64,000 bases of DNA from Thermoanaerobaculia bacterium (lineage in GTDB: Bacteria > Acidobacteriota > Thermoanaerobaculia > Multivoradales > Multivoraceae), in contig OY762911.1 in assembly GCA_963666565.1 (NCBI GenBank), forward strand, positions 1,056,001 to 1,120,000, written 5' to 3'. Both the position numbers and the translations under genes were made by a program. The notes under the pieces were generated by a model, which ran no database searches, was not told where the DNA came from, and saw nothing but the letters and a program-made list of their open reading frames with translations. Each line of letters starts with the position of its first letter. Positions within the stretch are counted from its first letter, which is position 1. Positions 51,881 to 62,255 of the stretch are shown in pieces.

Positions 51881-54472
51881 ATGTCGTCCCGGTTCATAGT
51901 CAGACGGCGGAGGAAGCGCCGGGGCCACCTGCTGGCGGCGGCGCTCGCGGCGGTCGCGGCCCTTCAGGCGTCGGCGTCGACGGCAGCGGAATCCGAGGCC
52001 CCGGCCACACCCCGGCCGAACGTCGTCGTCGTGGTCGCGGACGACGTCGGCTTCACGGACCTGGGCGCGTACGGCAGCGAGATTCGCACTCCCCACATCG
52101 ACGCGATCGCCTCGCGCGGCATCCTCTTCACGAACTTCCACGCCTCGCCGATGTGCTCGCCGTCGCGGGCCATGCTGCTCACCGGGGTCGACTCGCACCT
52201 GACCGACGTCGCCAGCCTGCACGTGGCCACGCCGCTTCGTCATCGCGGCCAACCCGGCTACCGAGGCGAGTTGAGCACGGACGTGGTCACGATCGCCAGC
52301 CGCCTGCGCGGCGCCGGCTACCGCACCTACCTGAGCGGCAAGTGGAACCTCGGTCACGGTCCGACCTCGCTGCCCAGCGCGCGCGGGTTCGATCGGACGT
52401 TCGCGCTTGACGCCACCGGCGCCGACAACTTCGAGAAGAAGTCCTACCTGCCCATCTACGGGGAGCCTCCCTGGTTCGCCGACGGCGAGCCGACCGACCT
52501 GCCGGCCGACTTCTACTCGTCGGAGCACCTCGTGGACAGGCTCCTCGAGTTCATCGACACGGATCGGGTCACCGACGGGGAGCGACAGCCCTTCTTCGCC
52601 TACCTCGCCTTTCAGGCGGTCCACCTGCCGGTTCAGGCGCCGCGCGAGTTCATCGAAGGCTACGAGGGCGTGTACGACGAAGGATGGAACGCACTGCGGA
52701 GGGAGCGCCATCGCCGCGCTGTTGAAGTGGGTGTCTTTCCGCCCGGGGCCGACCCGTCGACCACGCCGGAGCAGGCGGACTGGGAGGCTCTCTCGCCCGA
52801 CGAGAGAGCGTTCGCCGCCAAGAACATGGCGGTCAACGCGGCGATGCTCGAAGCGATGGACCATCACTTCGGGCGGCTGGTCGAGTACCTCGGGAACGAG
52901 GGGCTCCTGGAGAACACCGTCTTCGTCGTGCTGTCCGACAACGGTCCGGAGGCAGGCGACCCGGCCCAGAGCGGTCAGTTCGACCGGTGGGCGAAGCGCG
53001 TCGGCTACCGCCGCGACCTCGAGACGCTCGGCGAGAAGGGGAGCTACGGCATCATCGGCCCGCACTTCGCGCGGGCGGCGGCCGCTCCGCTCGCGTACTA
53101 CAAGTTCCACGGCGGCGAGGGGGGAATTCGCGTTCCCCTGATCGTCGCCGGGCCGGGGGTGGAGGCGCGAGGGATCGCTCCGGCCTTCACCTTCGTGACG
53201 GACCTCGTTCCCACGATTCTCGAGCTCACCGGCGCGGGCGACGGCACTCCGTCCGGCAAGCATCCCATCGACGGCCGCAGCCTGGCCCCGGCGCTGCGCG
53301 ATCCTTCGACCCTGGTCCATCCGCCGCATGAGGCGGTCGGATTCGAGACGGCGGGCCACAGGGGCGTCTTCAAGGGCGACCACAAGCTCGTCCGGGTCGG
53401 TGCTCCCGTGGGCGACGGCCGCTGGCGCCTCTTCGATCTGGCGGAGGACCCGGGCGAGACCCGCGACCTGGCCGCGGAACAACCCGAGCGGTTCTCCGAG
53501 ATGCTGGCGGACTACGAGGCCTACGCCGAGCGCGTGGGAGTGCTCGAGGTGCCTGCCTTCTACTCGCCGACTCGTCAGCTAGCGATCAACTACTTCTACG
53601 ACCGTGCAAAGGAGACCTTCATGAAGACCAGGGTATGGACCGGAGCAGGGCTGGCCGTCGTCGTGCTTGCGGCCGCCGTCTGGCTGGGATTGCCGAGGGT
53701 GCTCGTCGGCCTGGGCCTTCACGCCCACTACGAGATTCCCGCGATCGATCTCGCCGGCCGCCGCGCCCTCATCGTGACCACCAGCCACGACACGCTGGGC
53801 GATTCAGGCAAGGCGACCGGCGTCTGGGCGTCGGAAATGACCGTGCCTTACTACGCGTTCGCGGACGCCGGAATGTCGGTCGACGTGGCGAGCATCCAGG
53901 GCGGCGCCATCCCGGTCGAGCGCCAGTCCGTGCGGTGGCCGGTGGCCACGCCGGAGGACAAGCGCTATCTCCGGGATGCGGAGTTTCGATCCAGGGTCGA
54001 GAACTCGTTGGCGATCGCCGACGTAGACGGCAGCGCCTACGACATCGTGTTTCTCGCCGGCGGCTGGGGCGCCGCGTACGACCTCGGCCAGTCGGAAGAA
54101 CTGGGCAGGAAGGTCAGCGAGGCGTACGCCCGCGAATCGGTGGTCGGCGGCGTGTGCCACGGTCCGTTGGGACTGCTCCGGGCGGTGACTCCGGCCGGAG
54201 AGCCTCTGGTGCGGGGCCGCCGCGTCTCGGCCGTTTCGGACAAGCAGATCGAGGAGCTCGGCATCACCTTCACCCCGATGCACCCGGAGCGGGACCTGCG
54301 CACCGCCGGAGCGCTGTTCGAGAGCGAGACCAGGTTTCGCGACATGCTCGCGAGCCGCGTCGTCGTCGACGGACGCCTGGTGACGGGCCAGAACCAGAAC
54401 AGCGGGGCCGAAACGGCGCATCGCATGATGGAGGTTCTGCTGGAGTCGCGGCGGGCCGGCACAGCGCAGTGA
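51881..54472 (+). CDS. Arylsulfatase (Cys-type) fused via a TM segment to a DJ-1/PfpI (type 1 GATase-like) domain
   Basis: PNVVVVVADDVG, CSPSRAMLLTG, GKWNLG, SDNG. After M581: TTSHDTL...TGVWASE...FLAGGWG...GGVCHGP...VTGQNQNS. Confidence 0.88.
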   Translation: MSSRFIVRRRRKRRGHLLAAALAAVAALQASASTAAESEAPATPRPNVVVVVADDVGFTDLGAYGSEIRTPHIDAIASRGILFTNFHASPMCSPSRAMLLTGVDSHLTDVASLHVATPLRHRGQPGYRGELSTDVVTIASRLRGAGYRTYLSGKWNLGHGPTSLPSARGFDRTFALDATGADNFEKKSYLPIYGEPPWFADGEPTDLPADFYSSEHLVDRLLEFIDTDRVTDGERQPFFAYLAFQAVHLPVQAPREFIEGYEGVYDEGWNALRRERHRRAVEVGVFPPGADPSTTPEQADWEALSPDERAFAAKNMAVNAAMLEAMDHHFGRLVEYLGNEGLLENTVFVVLSDNGPEAGDPAQSGQFDRWAKRVGYRRDLETLGEKGSYGIIGPHFARAAAAPLAYYKFHGGEGGIRVPLIVAGPGVEARGIAPAFTFVTDLVPTILELTGAGDGTPSGKHPIDGRSLAPALRDPSTLVHPPHEAVGFETAGHRGVFKGDHKLVRVGAPVGDGRWRLFDLAEDPGETRDLAAEQPERFSEMLADYEAYAERVGVLEVPAFYSPTRQLAINYFYDRAKETFMKTRVWTGAGLAVVVLAAAVWLGLPRVLVGLGLHAHYEIPAIDLAGRRALIVTTSHDTLGDSGKATGVWASEMTVPYYAFADAGMSVDVASIQGGAIPVERQSVRWPVATPEDKRYLRDAEFRSRVENSLAIADVDGSAYDIVFLAGGWGAAYDLGQSEELGRKVSEAYARESVVGGVCHGPLGLLRAVTPAGEPLVRGRRVSAVSDKQIEELGITFTPMHPERDLRTAGALFESETRFRDMLASRVVVDGRLVTGQNQNSGAETAHRMMEVLLESRRAGTAQ

Positions 54473-54518
54473 TTCGCCGGCGCACCCGGTGTGCGGCGGC
54501 GAGTGCGCTGCCCTGTTC

Positions 54519-56150
54519 CTAGCCCGAGAAGTAGACCATCACCGCGGCGACGATCAGGACCAGCACAACCGACAGCGTCCGGTCCAGCCGGCGCTTCGCC
54601 GGGTCGGACTCGGCGAGAAGCTCGGCGTTGCCTGCCCGACTCCAGGTCAGGCCGGCGACGCGCTGCTCCGACGGCGGCGGGAACCAGAGGCTGACCGCGA
54701 CCAGCACGGCCGCGCAGATCAGGAACAGGAAGATCGCGACGTGCATGAAGTTGATGTCGGCGAAGGTGTAGAGGAAGCCGCTCAGGCTGTCCTTGTTGAG
54801 TTCCGCCACCAGGCGGCCCATTCCCAGGACGAATCCGACGGCCAGCGACGCGATCGCGCCCTGGGCGTTCAGGCGCTTCCAGAACAGTCCGAGCAGGAAG
54901 ACCGCGGTGATGGGCGGGGAGATGTAGCCCTGGACGCTCTGGAGGTACTGGTAGAGCGTGCCCGAGATGTTCTGCATCAACGGGATCCAGAGCAGGCCCA
55001 GGCCGACCAGTCCCACGGTGGCCGTCTGGCCGACCAGGACGAGCCGCCGCTCGGACACCTCCGGCCGCAGCTTCTTGTAGATGTCGATCGTGATCAGCGT
55101 CGAGCAGGAGTTGAAGACGGAGGAGAGGCTGCTCATCAGGGCCGCCAGCAGACCCGCGACCACCAGGCCCCGGAAGCCAGCCGGGAGCAGCGCCACGACC
55201 AGGGCCGGCAACGCCTGGTCGGAGGAGGCGAGTTCGAGCTTGCCGGATTGCGACAGGCAGTAGGCGATTACGCCGGGCACCACGAACAGGAACAGCGGCA
55301 ACTGCTTGAGGAAGCCGGCGAAGATCGTCCCGCGCCGGGCGTCGTCGATGCCGCGCGCGGAGAGCGCGCGCTGGACGATGAACTGATCGGTGCACCAGTA
55401 CCAGACGGCGATGATCGGCGCGCCGAAGGCGATGCCGGTCCACGGGAAGTCGGGGTCGGACATCGGCTTCCACATGTCGAAGAAGCCGTCGCCGGCGGTC
55501 TCGACCATGACCCGCCAGCCACCGAGCTCGGCCAGACCGAGGATGGTCACCGTGGAGGCGCCGACGATCAGGACGATGGCTTGCAGCAGGTCGGTGTAGA
55601 CGACGGCGCGGAGGCCGCCGAGCACCGTGTAGACCCCCGTGATGACGACGACCACCAGCGCGCCGGTCCAGAAGTTGATCCCCATCAGGGTCTCGAAAAC
55701 AACGCCGCCCGCGTAGATCGTCACCGAGATCTTGGTCAGCACGTAGCCGATGACCGAGATGACCGAGAGGTACCAGCGGGCCGCGGGCGAGTAGCGCCGC
55801 TCCAGGAACTCCGGCATCGTGAAGATGCCGCTCTTGACGTAGAACGGAACGAAGAGCCAGCCGAGAATGAGCAGGATCAGTGAGGCCTGGAGCTCGAACT
55901 GGCCGAGGACGAGGCCGCTCTCGGCGCCGGTGCCGGCCAGGCCGACCAGGTGCTCGGAGCCGATGTTCGAGGCGAACAGCGACGCGCCGACGACGAACCA
56001 GCCGACGTTGCGGCCGGCGAGGAAGTAGCTCGACGAGGTGCGTTCGCCGTGCTGGACGCGCCTGATGGCCCAGAGCGCGATGGCGAAGACGCCGGCGAAG
56101 TAGAGGGCGACGACGGTCCAGTCGAGGGTGGTGATCTTCGCCGTCAGCAT
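54519..56150 (-). CDS. Sodium:solute symporter (SGLT/SLC5-like sugar transporter)
   Basis: YFLAGRN, SLFASNIGSEH, TMPEFLERRY, GGLRAVVYTD, WYWCTDQFIVQRAL, AALMSSLSSVFNS. Confidence 0.95.
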   Translation of the reverse strand: MLTAKITTLDWTVVALYFAGVFAIALWAIRRVQHGERTSSSYFLAGRNVGWFVVGASLFASNIGSEHLVGLAGTGAESGLVLGQFELQASLILLILGWLFVPFYVKSGIFTMPEFLERRYSPAARWYLSVISVIGYVLTKISVTIYAGGVVFETLMGINFWTGALVVVVITGVYTVLGGLRAVVYTDLLQAIVLIVGASTVTILGLAELGGWRVMVETAGDGFFDMWKPMSDPDFPWTGIAFGAPIIAVWYWCTDQFIVQRALSARGIDDARRGTIFAGFLKQLPLFLFVVPGVIAYCLSQSGKLELASSDQALPALVVALLPAGFRGLVVAGLLAALMSSLSSVFNSCSTLITIDIYKKLRPEVSERRLVLVGQTATVGLVGLGLLWIPLMQNISGTLYQYLQSVQGYISPPITAVFLLGLFWKRLNAQGAIASLAVGFVLGMGRLVAELNKDSLSGFLYTFADINFMHVAIFLFLICAAVLVAVSLWFPPPSEQRVAGLTWSRAGNAELLAESDPAKRRLDRTLSVVLVLIVAAVMVYFSG

Positions 56151-56189
56151 GGCCCGTTCTCCTCGCTCAGCAAGCCGGCCTCCTCGCGC

Positions 56190-58748
56190 TCAGCAACCGG
56201 CCGTCAGCGCGGCGGGATCGGCGGGTGCGATCGCGATGCGCGAGAAACGAAACGTGAACGGACCGTCCGTCGTGATCAGGAAGGGCGTGTCGATGCGGTC
56301 CATCTCGGCGCCGGAAGCCTCGAAGCAGCGGAGAGGAATCTGCAGGGTGTCCCATTCTCCTTCGGGCACGCCCGCGAAGATGGGCGAGACGAGGAGGCCG
56401 CCGGTACACGGGTAGCCGCAGTCCATCCGCATCTGGACTCGCCGGGCGGGCGCCTGCTCCACCAGGAAGTCGATCTCGAGAGTCATGCCGCTCGCCGTTT
56501 CGGCGCGCAGATCGATCGGATTCGACTGGAGGTAGATCTGGGCCTCGTTCCGGCCTCGCCACTGCGCCTTCCGCGCATCCTCCTGGACGTTGCGGTCCAC
56601 GGCCGAGAGCACGACGCCGGATACGCGGCGGCGGGTCTGACCGCGGCCGTCGGGAGCGGAAACCCGCCAGTCCGCCTCGTCGCCCACGTAGAACGACCAC
56701 CCTTCCGCCGTTCGTCCTTCGAAGAGAACGCGCTCGGGAGACCCGCCGCCGGTCGCGCCGGCGTCCGTCGTGCGAACCGGCGACGATCCGGCCGGCCGCG
56801 TCTCGTCCAGCGCCGGCAGATCGCCGTCGTCGGCGTAGGTCAGGCCGTAGCCGTAGGGGAAGAGCGGGTCGTAGTCCGGATCGCCGACGTTGAGCACCGT
56901 CTGGTCGAGCGAGCGCGGCCAGGAGAAGGAGAGCTTGCCGCGGAAGTCGTGGGCTACTCCGCCGCCGGCCGCGCCGAAGATGACGTCGGCCACGCCGGCG
57001 CCCTCGGAGCCCGGCAGCCAGGCGGCCACGAAGGCGTCCGATGCGTTGATCTCCGGGTTCGTCCACAGCGGGCGCCCGGACAGGAAGATCGTGACGACCG
57101 GGATGCCGGCGGCCTGGAGCCGCCCCATCAGTTCCACGTCGGACTTGTCGGCCGGGCTGTACTCGAGGCTCGACACGTCGCCCTGGCCCTCGGCGTAGGG
57201 CGTCTCGCCGGTCACGTAGATGGCGGCGTCCGGCAGCTCGCCGCTGTAGGCGCATCCCTGGCAGAGGACGGCCCGGCCGCCCGCCGCCTCGACGGTCCGT
57301 TCGATGCCGGTCCAGATGGAGGTGGCGCCGGGGAAGTCGGCGTTCGTGTTCTCGGTACCCTGCCAGGTCAGCGTCCAGCCGCCGCTCTGCCGGCCGATGT
57401 CGTCGGCCGCCGGCCCCGCGACCAGGACCAGCGACGTCGGGGCCAGGGGCAGGAGGCCGCCGTCGTTCTTCAGCAGGACGAGAGACTCGCGCACCGCCTG
57501 GCGGGCCGTCTCGCGGTGCTCTGGCGCGCCCAGCAGCTCGAACCGCCCGCCGAGCGCCCGTTCCGAGGGCGGGCCGGCGTCGAGCAGGCCGGCTCGGATC
57601 TTCACCCGCAGGATGCGCCGCACCGCGTCGTCAAGCCGTTCCTCGGGAATCGCGCCGGAACGCGCCTGCCGGAGCGTGTTCCGATGGAGCGCCCTCCAGT
57701 CTTCCGGGACCATGAACAGGTCGAGCCCGGCCCGAATCGTGTCGGCGCAGTCGTCGTTGCCGCAGCCGGGCAACTGGCCGTGGCCGTTCCAGTCGCCGAC
57801 GACGAGCCCGTCGAAGGCCATGCGGCCCTTGAGCACCTCCGTCAGCAGCCCGGCGTGGCCGTGCAGCTTCTGGCCGTGCCAACTGCTGAACGAGGCCATC
57901 ACCGCCTGCGCGCCGGCGTCGAGCGCGGCAACGTAGGGAGCGCCGTGGAAGTCGCGGAGTTCCTCTTCGCTCGCCCGCGTGTCTCCCTGATCGATGCCCT
58001 CGAAGGTGCCGCCGTCGCCCAGGAAGTGCTTCGCCGTGGCGATCACCCGCTCCTCGCCCAGGAAGTCCGGGCCGCCGAGCGCGCCCTGGAGTCCCTCGAC
58101 CAGGGCGCGCGCGTACTGGACGACGATCTCGGGGTCCTCCGAGTAGCTCTCGTAGGTGCGGCCCCAGCGATCGTCCCGGGCCACGGCGACGGTCGGACCG
58201 AAGTTCCAGTCCAGGCCGGTGGCGCGCACCTCGCGGGCCGTGATCTCGCCGATGCGGCGGATCAGGTCCGGATTCCGCGCCGCGCCGAGCCCGATGTTGT
58301 GGGGGAAGATCGTCGCGCCGATCACGTTGTTGTGGCCGTGCACCGCGTCCACGCCCCAGATCGCGGGAATCCCGACGCCGCCGTCCGACGTGTCGGTGGA
58401 GGCTTCGTGGAAGGCGTCCGCCAGCTCCAGCCAGTCCTCCGGCGAGGCGTGCTTGTCGTTGCCGGGGAAGGAGCCGCCGCCGTTCAGCACCGAGCCGAGG
58501 TCGTACCGCTGCACGTCCCGCGGCGTGACCGAGCGGATCTCCGCCTGGATGATCTGGCCCACCTTCTCGCGGAGGGTCATCCGCTCAAGGAGAGCGTCGA
58601 CGCGCGCTTCGAGCTCCGGATCGGCCGCCAGCGGCGGCGTCAGTTCAGGCCAGAGGTCGGCGCGGACCTCGGGTGCCGGAGACTGCTGCGCCTGCGCTGG
58701 AGCCGCAAAGGCGACAACCAGCGCAAGCGCGAGCAGAGAAGCTGTCAC
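56190..58748 (-). CDS. GH3 beta-glucosidase / exo-1,3/1,4-beta-glucanase with C-terminal galactose-binding-like domain, exported
   Basis: MTLREKVGQ, DAVHGHNN, RWGRTYES, AKHFLGDGGT, GLVVGDWNG (nucleophile Asp), AWLPGSEG, PLFPYGYGL. Confidence 0.94.
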   Translation of the reverse strand: MTASLLALALVVAFAAPAQAQQSPAPEVRADLWPELTPPLAADPELEARVDALLERMTLREKVGQIIQAEIRSVTPRDVQRYDLGSVLNGGGSFPGNDKHASPEDWLELADAFHEASTDTSDGGVGIPAIWGVDAVHGHNNVIGATIFPHNIGLGAARNPDLIRRIGEITAREVRATGLDWNFGPTVAVARDDRWGRTYESYSEDPEIVVQYARALVEGLQGALGGPDFLGEERVIATAKHFLGDGGTFEGIDQGDTRASEEELRDFHGAPYVAALDAGAQAVMASFSSWHGQKLHGHAGLLTEVLKGRMAFDGLVVGDWNGHGQLPGCGNDDCADTIRAGLDLFMVPEDWRALHRNTLRQARSGAIPEERLDDAVRRILRVKIRAGLLDAGPPSERALGGRFELLGAPEHRETARQAVRESLVLLKNDGGLLPLAPTSLVLVAGPAADDIGRQSGGWTLTWQGTENTNADFPGATSIWTGIERTVEAAGGRAVLCQGCAYSGELPDAAIYVTGETPYAEGQGDVSSLEYSPADKSDVELMGRLQAAGIPVVTIFLSGRPLWTNPEINASDAFVAAWLPGSEGAGVADVIFGAAGGGVAHDFRGKLSFSWPRSLDQTVLNVGDPDYDPLFPYGYGLTYADDGDLPALDETRPAGSSPVRTTDAGATGGGSPERVLFEGRTAEGWSFYVGDEADWRVSAPDGRGQTRRRVSGVVLSAVDRNVQEDARKAQWRGRNEAQIYLQSNPIDLRAETASGMTLEIDFLVEQAPARRVQMRMDCGYPCTGGLLVSPIFAGVPEGEWDTLQIPLRCFEASGAEMDRIDTPFLITTDGPFTFRFSRIAIAPADPAALTAGC

Positions 58749-58785
58749 GACGTGGGGCCGTCCGGTCTGCGTCCCGTCGTCCGTC

Positions 58786-61700
58786 CTAGAACAGCAGCTT
58801 GAAGCCGACCTGAATCTGCCTCGGGTCGCGGGCCGCCTGGGCCTGACCGAAGTTGGCCGGCAGGGTGTAGCCGGTGATCGTCCGGCGGTCCGTGGCCACG
58901 TCGCTGTCGTAGGTGACGCTGCTCGGGTTCATCACCGAGTTGATGCCCACGAAGTTGTCGCGGTTCGTCACGTTGAACACCTCGAACCGGAACTGGCCGG
59001 TGACGCGGTCGGTGATGCGGATGTTCTTGGTCAGCGAGAAGTCGACCTGGAAGAAGTCCGCTCCCTCGCACACGCCGGGCCGGGTGTTGCTCAGCGTGCC
59101 GAGCTGCCAGCCGACCAGCGTGAAGGCGTCGGGATTGATCGCCTGCAGGCCGCTGCCGGCGCAGGAAGCCCCCGTGAGGAGCGGCCGCATGTTCTCGGTG
59201 TAGCCGGTGCCGCCGGCGCCGTTGACCCCGGTCAGGTTTCCGGTCCTCACCGTGAGGGCCTGACCCGAGGAGTACTGGACGATGCCGCCGAACTGCCAGG
59301 CGCCGAACAGCGCGCGGACGAAGGCGCTCTGGTTCTCGAGCGTCGGCAGGTTGTGGAGCACGTTCGCGTTGAACACGTGATCCCGGTGCAGGCCCGCGTA
59401 GCCCCAGTCGAGATCGGGGTTCTCGCGATCCGTGATCTGACCGGCGAAGCTGCCCGCGCCCGCGTCGTTCAGCGGATCGTTGGCCTTGAAGCTCGCCAGC
59501 GTGTACGAGGCCTGGAACTGCGAGCCGGTGCCGTACCGATGCACGTACTGCATCTGGAGGCCGTCGTACTCGGAAATGCCGTTCGATTCCCAGAACAGGA
59601 TGTTGCCGTCGCCGAAGACCGAGTACGGCCGCAGCGCGCCGCGAACGCCGGCGCCGCCGTCACCCTCCGGGGCGGTCACGTACTCGAGCCGGTCGGGGAT
59701 GCCGTTGCCGTTGTTGTCGCCGGAGGCGACCTGGTTGATGTCGGAGCGCCGCGTGATGTGCCGCCCGCGGGTGCCCACGTAGGCGATCTCGATCGTGCTG
59801 CTCCGGCCGAGCCGCTGCTCCCAGGCCACGTTGAACTGCAGGTTGTAGGGCGTCTGGAAGTTCGGGTCGATGCCCGTCATCGGCCTTCCGAGGCCGCAGT
59901 CGAGGCACGGCTGCGGCGCTTCGTCCAGCTTGCGGATGCCGTTCAGGCTCGAGCGGAAGGGCGGGTTGCCCGCGAACTCGAGCTGGATGTTCACCCGGTC
60001 GCGCTGGAAGAACTGGCCGAAGCCGGCCCGTACGACGCTCCTGCCGTTGCCGAAGATGTCGTAGGCCAGGCCGAGGCGCGGCGCGAAGTTGTCCGTGTCG
60101 CTGTCCACCAGCCCGCGGCCCGGACCGGTCGAGCCGCCCAGGAGGCCGGCATCGCCGCAGGGGTCCGTTCCCGGCACCTGGAGCAGGCCGTTGCACGGGT
60201 CGCCGCCCAGGGCGGGATCGAACGCGCTGGGATCGAACGCCGCGAGCAGATCGTCGCTGGCGTAGGGCCACTTGTAGTTCGAGTAGCGGACCCCGTAGTC
60301 GAGGTTCAGGCGGGGGTTCACCTGCCAGGAGTCGGCGATGTAGAACTCGATGTCCTCCCAGTTCAGTTCCGGCGTCGGCTGGTGCGAGTTCTCCGCGTAG
60401 CCGAAGGTCATGTCCTGGAGCAGGAAATCGGCCAGGATGTTGCCGGTGTTGGCGCCCCAGCCGTTGTGGCCGGTGCTCGGACCCCAGAACTGCGGCGTCT
60501 CGGAAGCCGAACTGCCGCCGATGTACTCCTTCTTCTTGTTCTCGGAGTAAAGGGCGCCCACCTTGAGCCAGTGCTTGCCGAAGACCTGCGAGTAGTCGTC
60601 CTTGAGCACCATCAGGTCCTGCTTGTTCTCCCAGGGCGCGATGTTCCACAGCGCCCCGTAGCCGGCCGCGCCCCAGAACACCGGGTGGCTACGGTCCGCG
60701 CCGCCCGTCTTGCCGTCGAAGATCGCGGGAATCGCCGCGTTGATCTGGCTGTTCAGGCCGGGGTTCGTGCCGCCCCGGCTGAGGCTGATCTCGTTGCCCG
60801 AGTAGGAGAAGGTGACCGTGTTGACGCTGTCGTCGCCGATCGTCTGGCTGAGCTGGGCCACCAGGGAGTGGCCGGGCTGGTCCCAGTTCGTATCGACCGC
60901 CGGGTAGGGGTCGTCGCCCCAGAGACCGTTCGCCTCGCCGGCGTTCGGAGCGCCGTTGAGCCAGTTGTCCCGCGTGTAGCGGAGCATCAGCCGGCTGCGG
61001 TCCGTGGCGTCGTAGTCGAGCCGGAGGTTCGCCTGGTCCCAGTCGATGGGCGTGACGACGGCCTCGACCCAGTTGTTGCAACTGCCGGCCACGGGCGTCA
61101 CGTTGGGCAGGGGGTAGAGGTTCAGCATGCCCTGGCCGCCGGCGTTGATCCGGTCGGAAGGAATCACGTTGCCCGGGAAGGGCTGGCCGGTCGTCGGGTC
61201 GGTCGGGATCGCCGGGGTGCATCCCGGGATCGACGGACCGTTGAAGTCGCCGGCGCGCTCGGCCGCGGTCGGCACGAAGCCCGTGCGGGCGATGCCGCGC
61301 TCTTCCTGGTTCCACTCGCCGGAGAGGAAGAAGTGCAGCTTGTCCTGGCGGATCGGGCCGCCGAGGGTGAAGCCGTAGTCCTGGCGGTCGAGCGGCTCCG
61401 TGTCCAGGCCGGCCTGCTTCAGGAAGTAGTTCGTCTCGTTCCACGAATCGTCGCGCATGAACGTGTAGGCGCTGCCGCGGAAGTCGTTCGTGCCGCCGCG
61501 GGTCACGATGTTGATCTGGCCGCCGGCGGCGCCGCCGAACTCGGCGCTGTAGCTGTTGCTGTGGATCTTGAACTCCTCGATCGCGTCGACCGAGGGGTAG
61601 ATGAGGATCGTGCGGTTCGAGCCGACGTCGTTGTTGTTGGCGCCGTCGATCGTCCACATGTTGCCGGTGGTGCCGCTGCCGCTGATCGACAGGTCGACGC

Positions 61701-62226
61701 CCGCCAGCAGGCCCTTGTTCTTCGTGTCGAAGCCCTCGGGAGCGCTGACGCCGGGCACCAGCAGGGTGAGCTGGACGAAGTTGCGGCCGTTGAGCGGCAG
61801 CTCGCGGATCTGCTCGCCGGTCATCAAGCCGGAGACTTCGCCGCTCATCGTCTCGACGGGGATGGCCTCGGCTTCGACGGTGATCGTCTCCGAGACGTCG
61901 CCGAGTTCCAGTTGGGCGTTGACCTCGCGGACGTCGGCGACGTTCAGCGCGATGTCGCTGATCACGGAGGCCTTGAATCCGTCCAGGGTGACCGTGACCT
62001 CGTACGCGCCGACCGGCAGGTCGCCGAAGGTGTAGATGCCGGAAGGGTTGGTGAACGTCGTCCGGTTGAGGCCGGTTTCCGTCCCTTCCAGGTTCACCGT
62101 GGCGCCGGGCAGGGCGTCTCCGCTCGGATCGGTGACGGTGCCCCGGATGCTGGCCGTGAACCGCTGCGCCGCGAGGGGCGCCGCCAGCAGGGAGAGGATG
62201 AGGATGAGAGCGAGTCTTCGTGCCAT
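58786..62226 (-). CDS. TonB-dependent receptor (Oar-like) with N-terminal carboxypeptidase-regulatory-like domain
   Basis: Signal peptide from ATG 62226 (RBS GGAGG); GTVTDPSG, LPLNGRNF, DGANNND, FAPRLGLAYD, C-terminal PRQIQVGFKLLF. Confidence 0.94.
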   Translation of the reverse strand: MARRLALILILSLLAAPLAAQRFTASIRGTVTDPSGDALPGATVNLEGTETGLNRTTFTNPSGIYTFGDLPVGAYEVTVTLDGFKASVISDIALNVADVREVNAQLELGDVSETITVEAEAIPVETMSGEVSGLMTGEQIRELPLNGRNFVQLTLLVPGVSAPEGFDTKNKGLLAGVDLSISGSGTTGNMWTIDGANNNDVGSNRTILIYPSVDAIEEFKIHSNSYSAEFGGAAGGQINIVTRGGTNDFRGSAYTFMRDDSWNETNYFLKQAGLDTEPLDRQDYGFTLGGPIRQDKLHFFLSGEWNQEERGIARTGFVPTAAERAGDFNGPSIPGCTPAIPTDPTTGQPFPGNVIPSDRINAGGQGMLNLYPLPNVTPVAGSCNNWVEAVVTPIDWDQANLRLDYDATDRSRLMLRYTRDNWLNGAPNAGEANGLWGDDPYPAVDTNWDQPGHSLVAQLSQTIGDDSVNTVTFSYSGNEISLSRGGTNPGLNSQINAAIPAIFDGKTGGADRSHPVFWGAAGYGALWNIAPWENKQDLMVLKDDYSQVFGKHWLKVGALYSENKKKEYIGGSSASETPQFWGPSTGHNGWGANTGNILADFLLQDMTFGYAENSHQPTPELNWEDIEFYIADSWQVNPRLNLDYGVRYSNYKWPYASDDLLAAFDPSAFDPALGGDPCNGLLQVPGTDPCGDAGLLGGSTGPGRGLVDSDTDNFAPRLGLAYDIFGNGRSVVRAGFGQFFQRDRVNIQLEFAGNPPFRSSLNGIRKLDEAPQPCLDCGLGRPMTGIDPNFQTPYNLQFNVAWEQRLGRSSTIEIAYVGTRGRHITRRSDINQVASGDNNGNGIPDRLEYVTAPEGDGGAGVRGALRPYSVFGDGNILFWESNGISEYDGLQMQYVHRYGTGSQFQASYTLASFKANDPLNDAGAGSFAGQITDRENPDLDWGYAGLHRDHVFNANVLHNLPTLENQSAFVRALFGAWQFGGIVQYSSGQALTVRTGNLTGVNGAGGTGYTENMRPLLTGASCAGSGLQAINPDAFTLVGWQLGTLSNTRPGVCEGADFFQVDFSLTKNIRITDRVTGQFRFEVFNVTNRDNFVGINSVMNPSSVTYDSDVATDRRTITGYTLPANFGQAQAARDPRQIQVGFKLLF

Positions 62227-62255
62227 GGGCGTCGTGCCTCCTTCGGGTGAACCCG

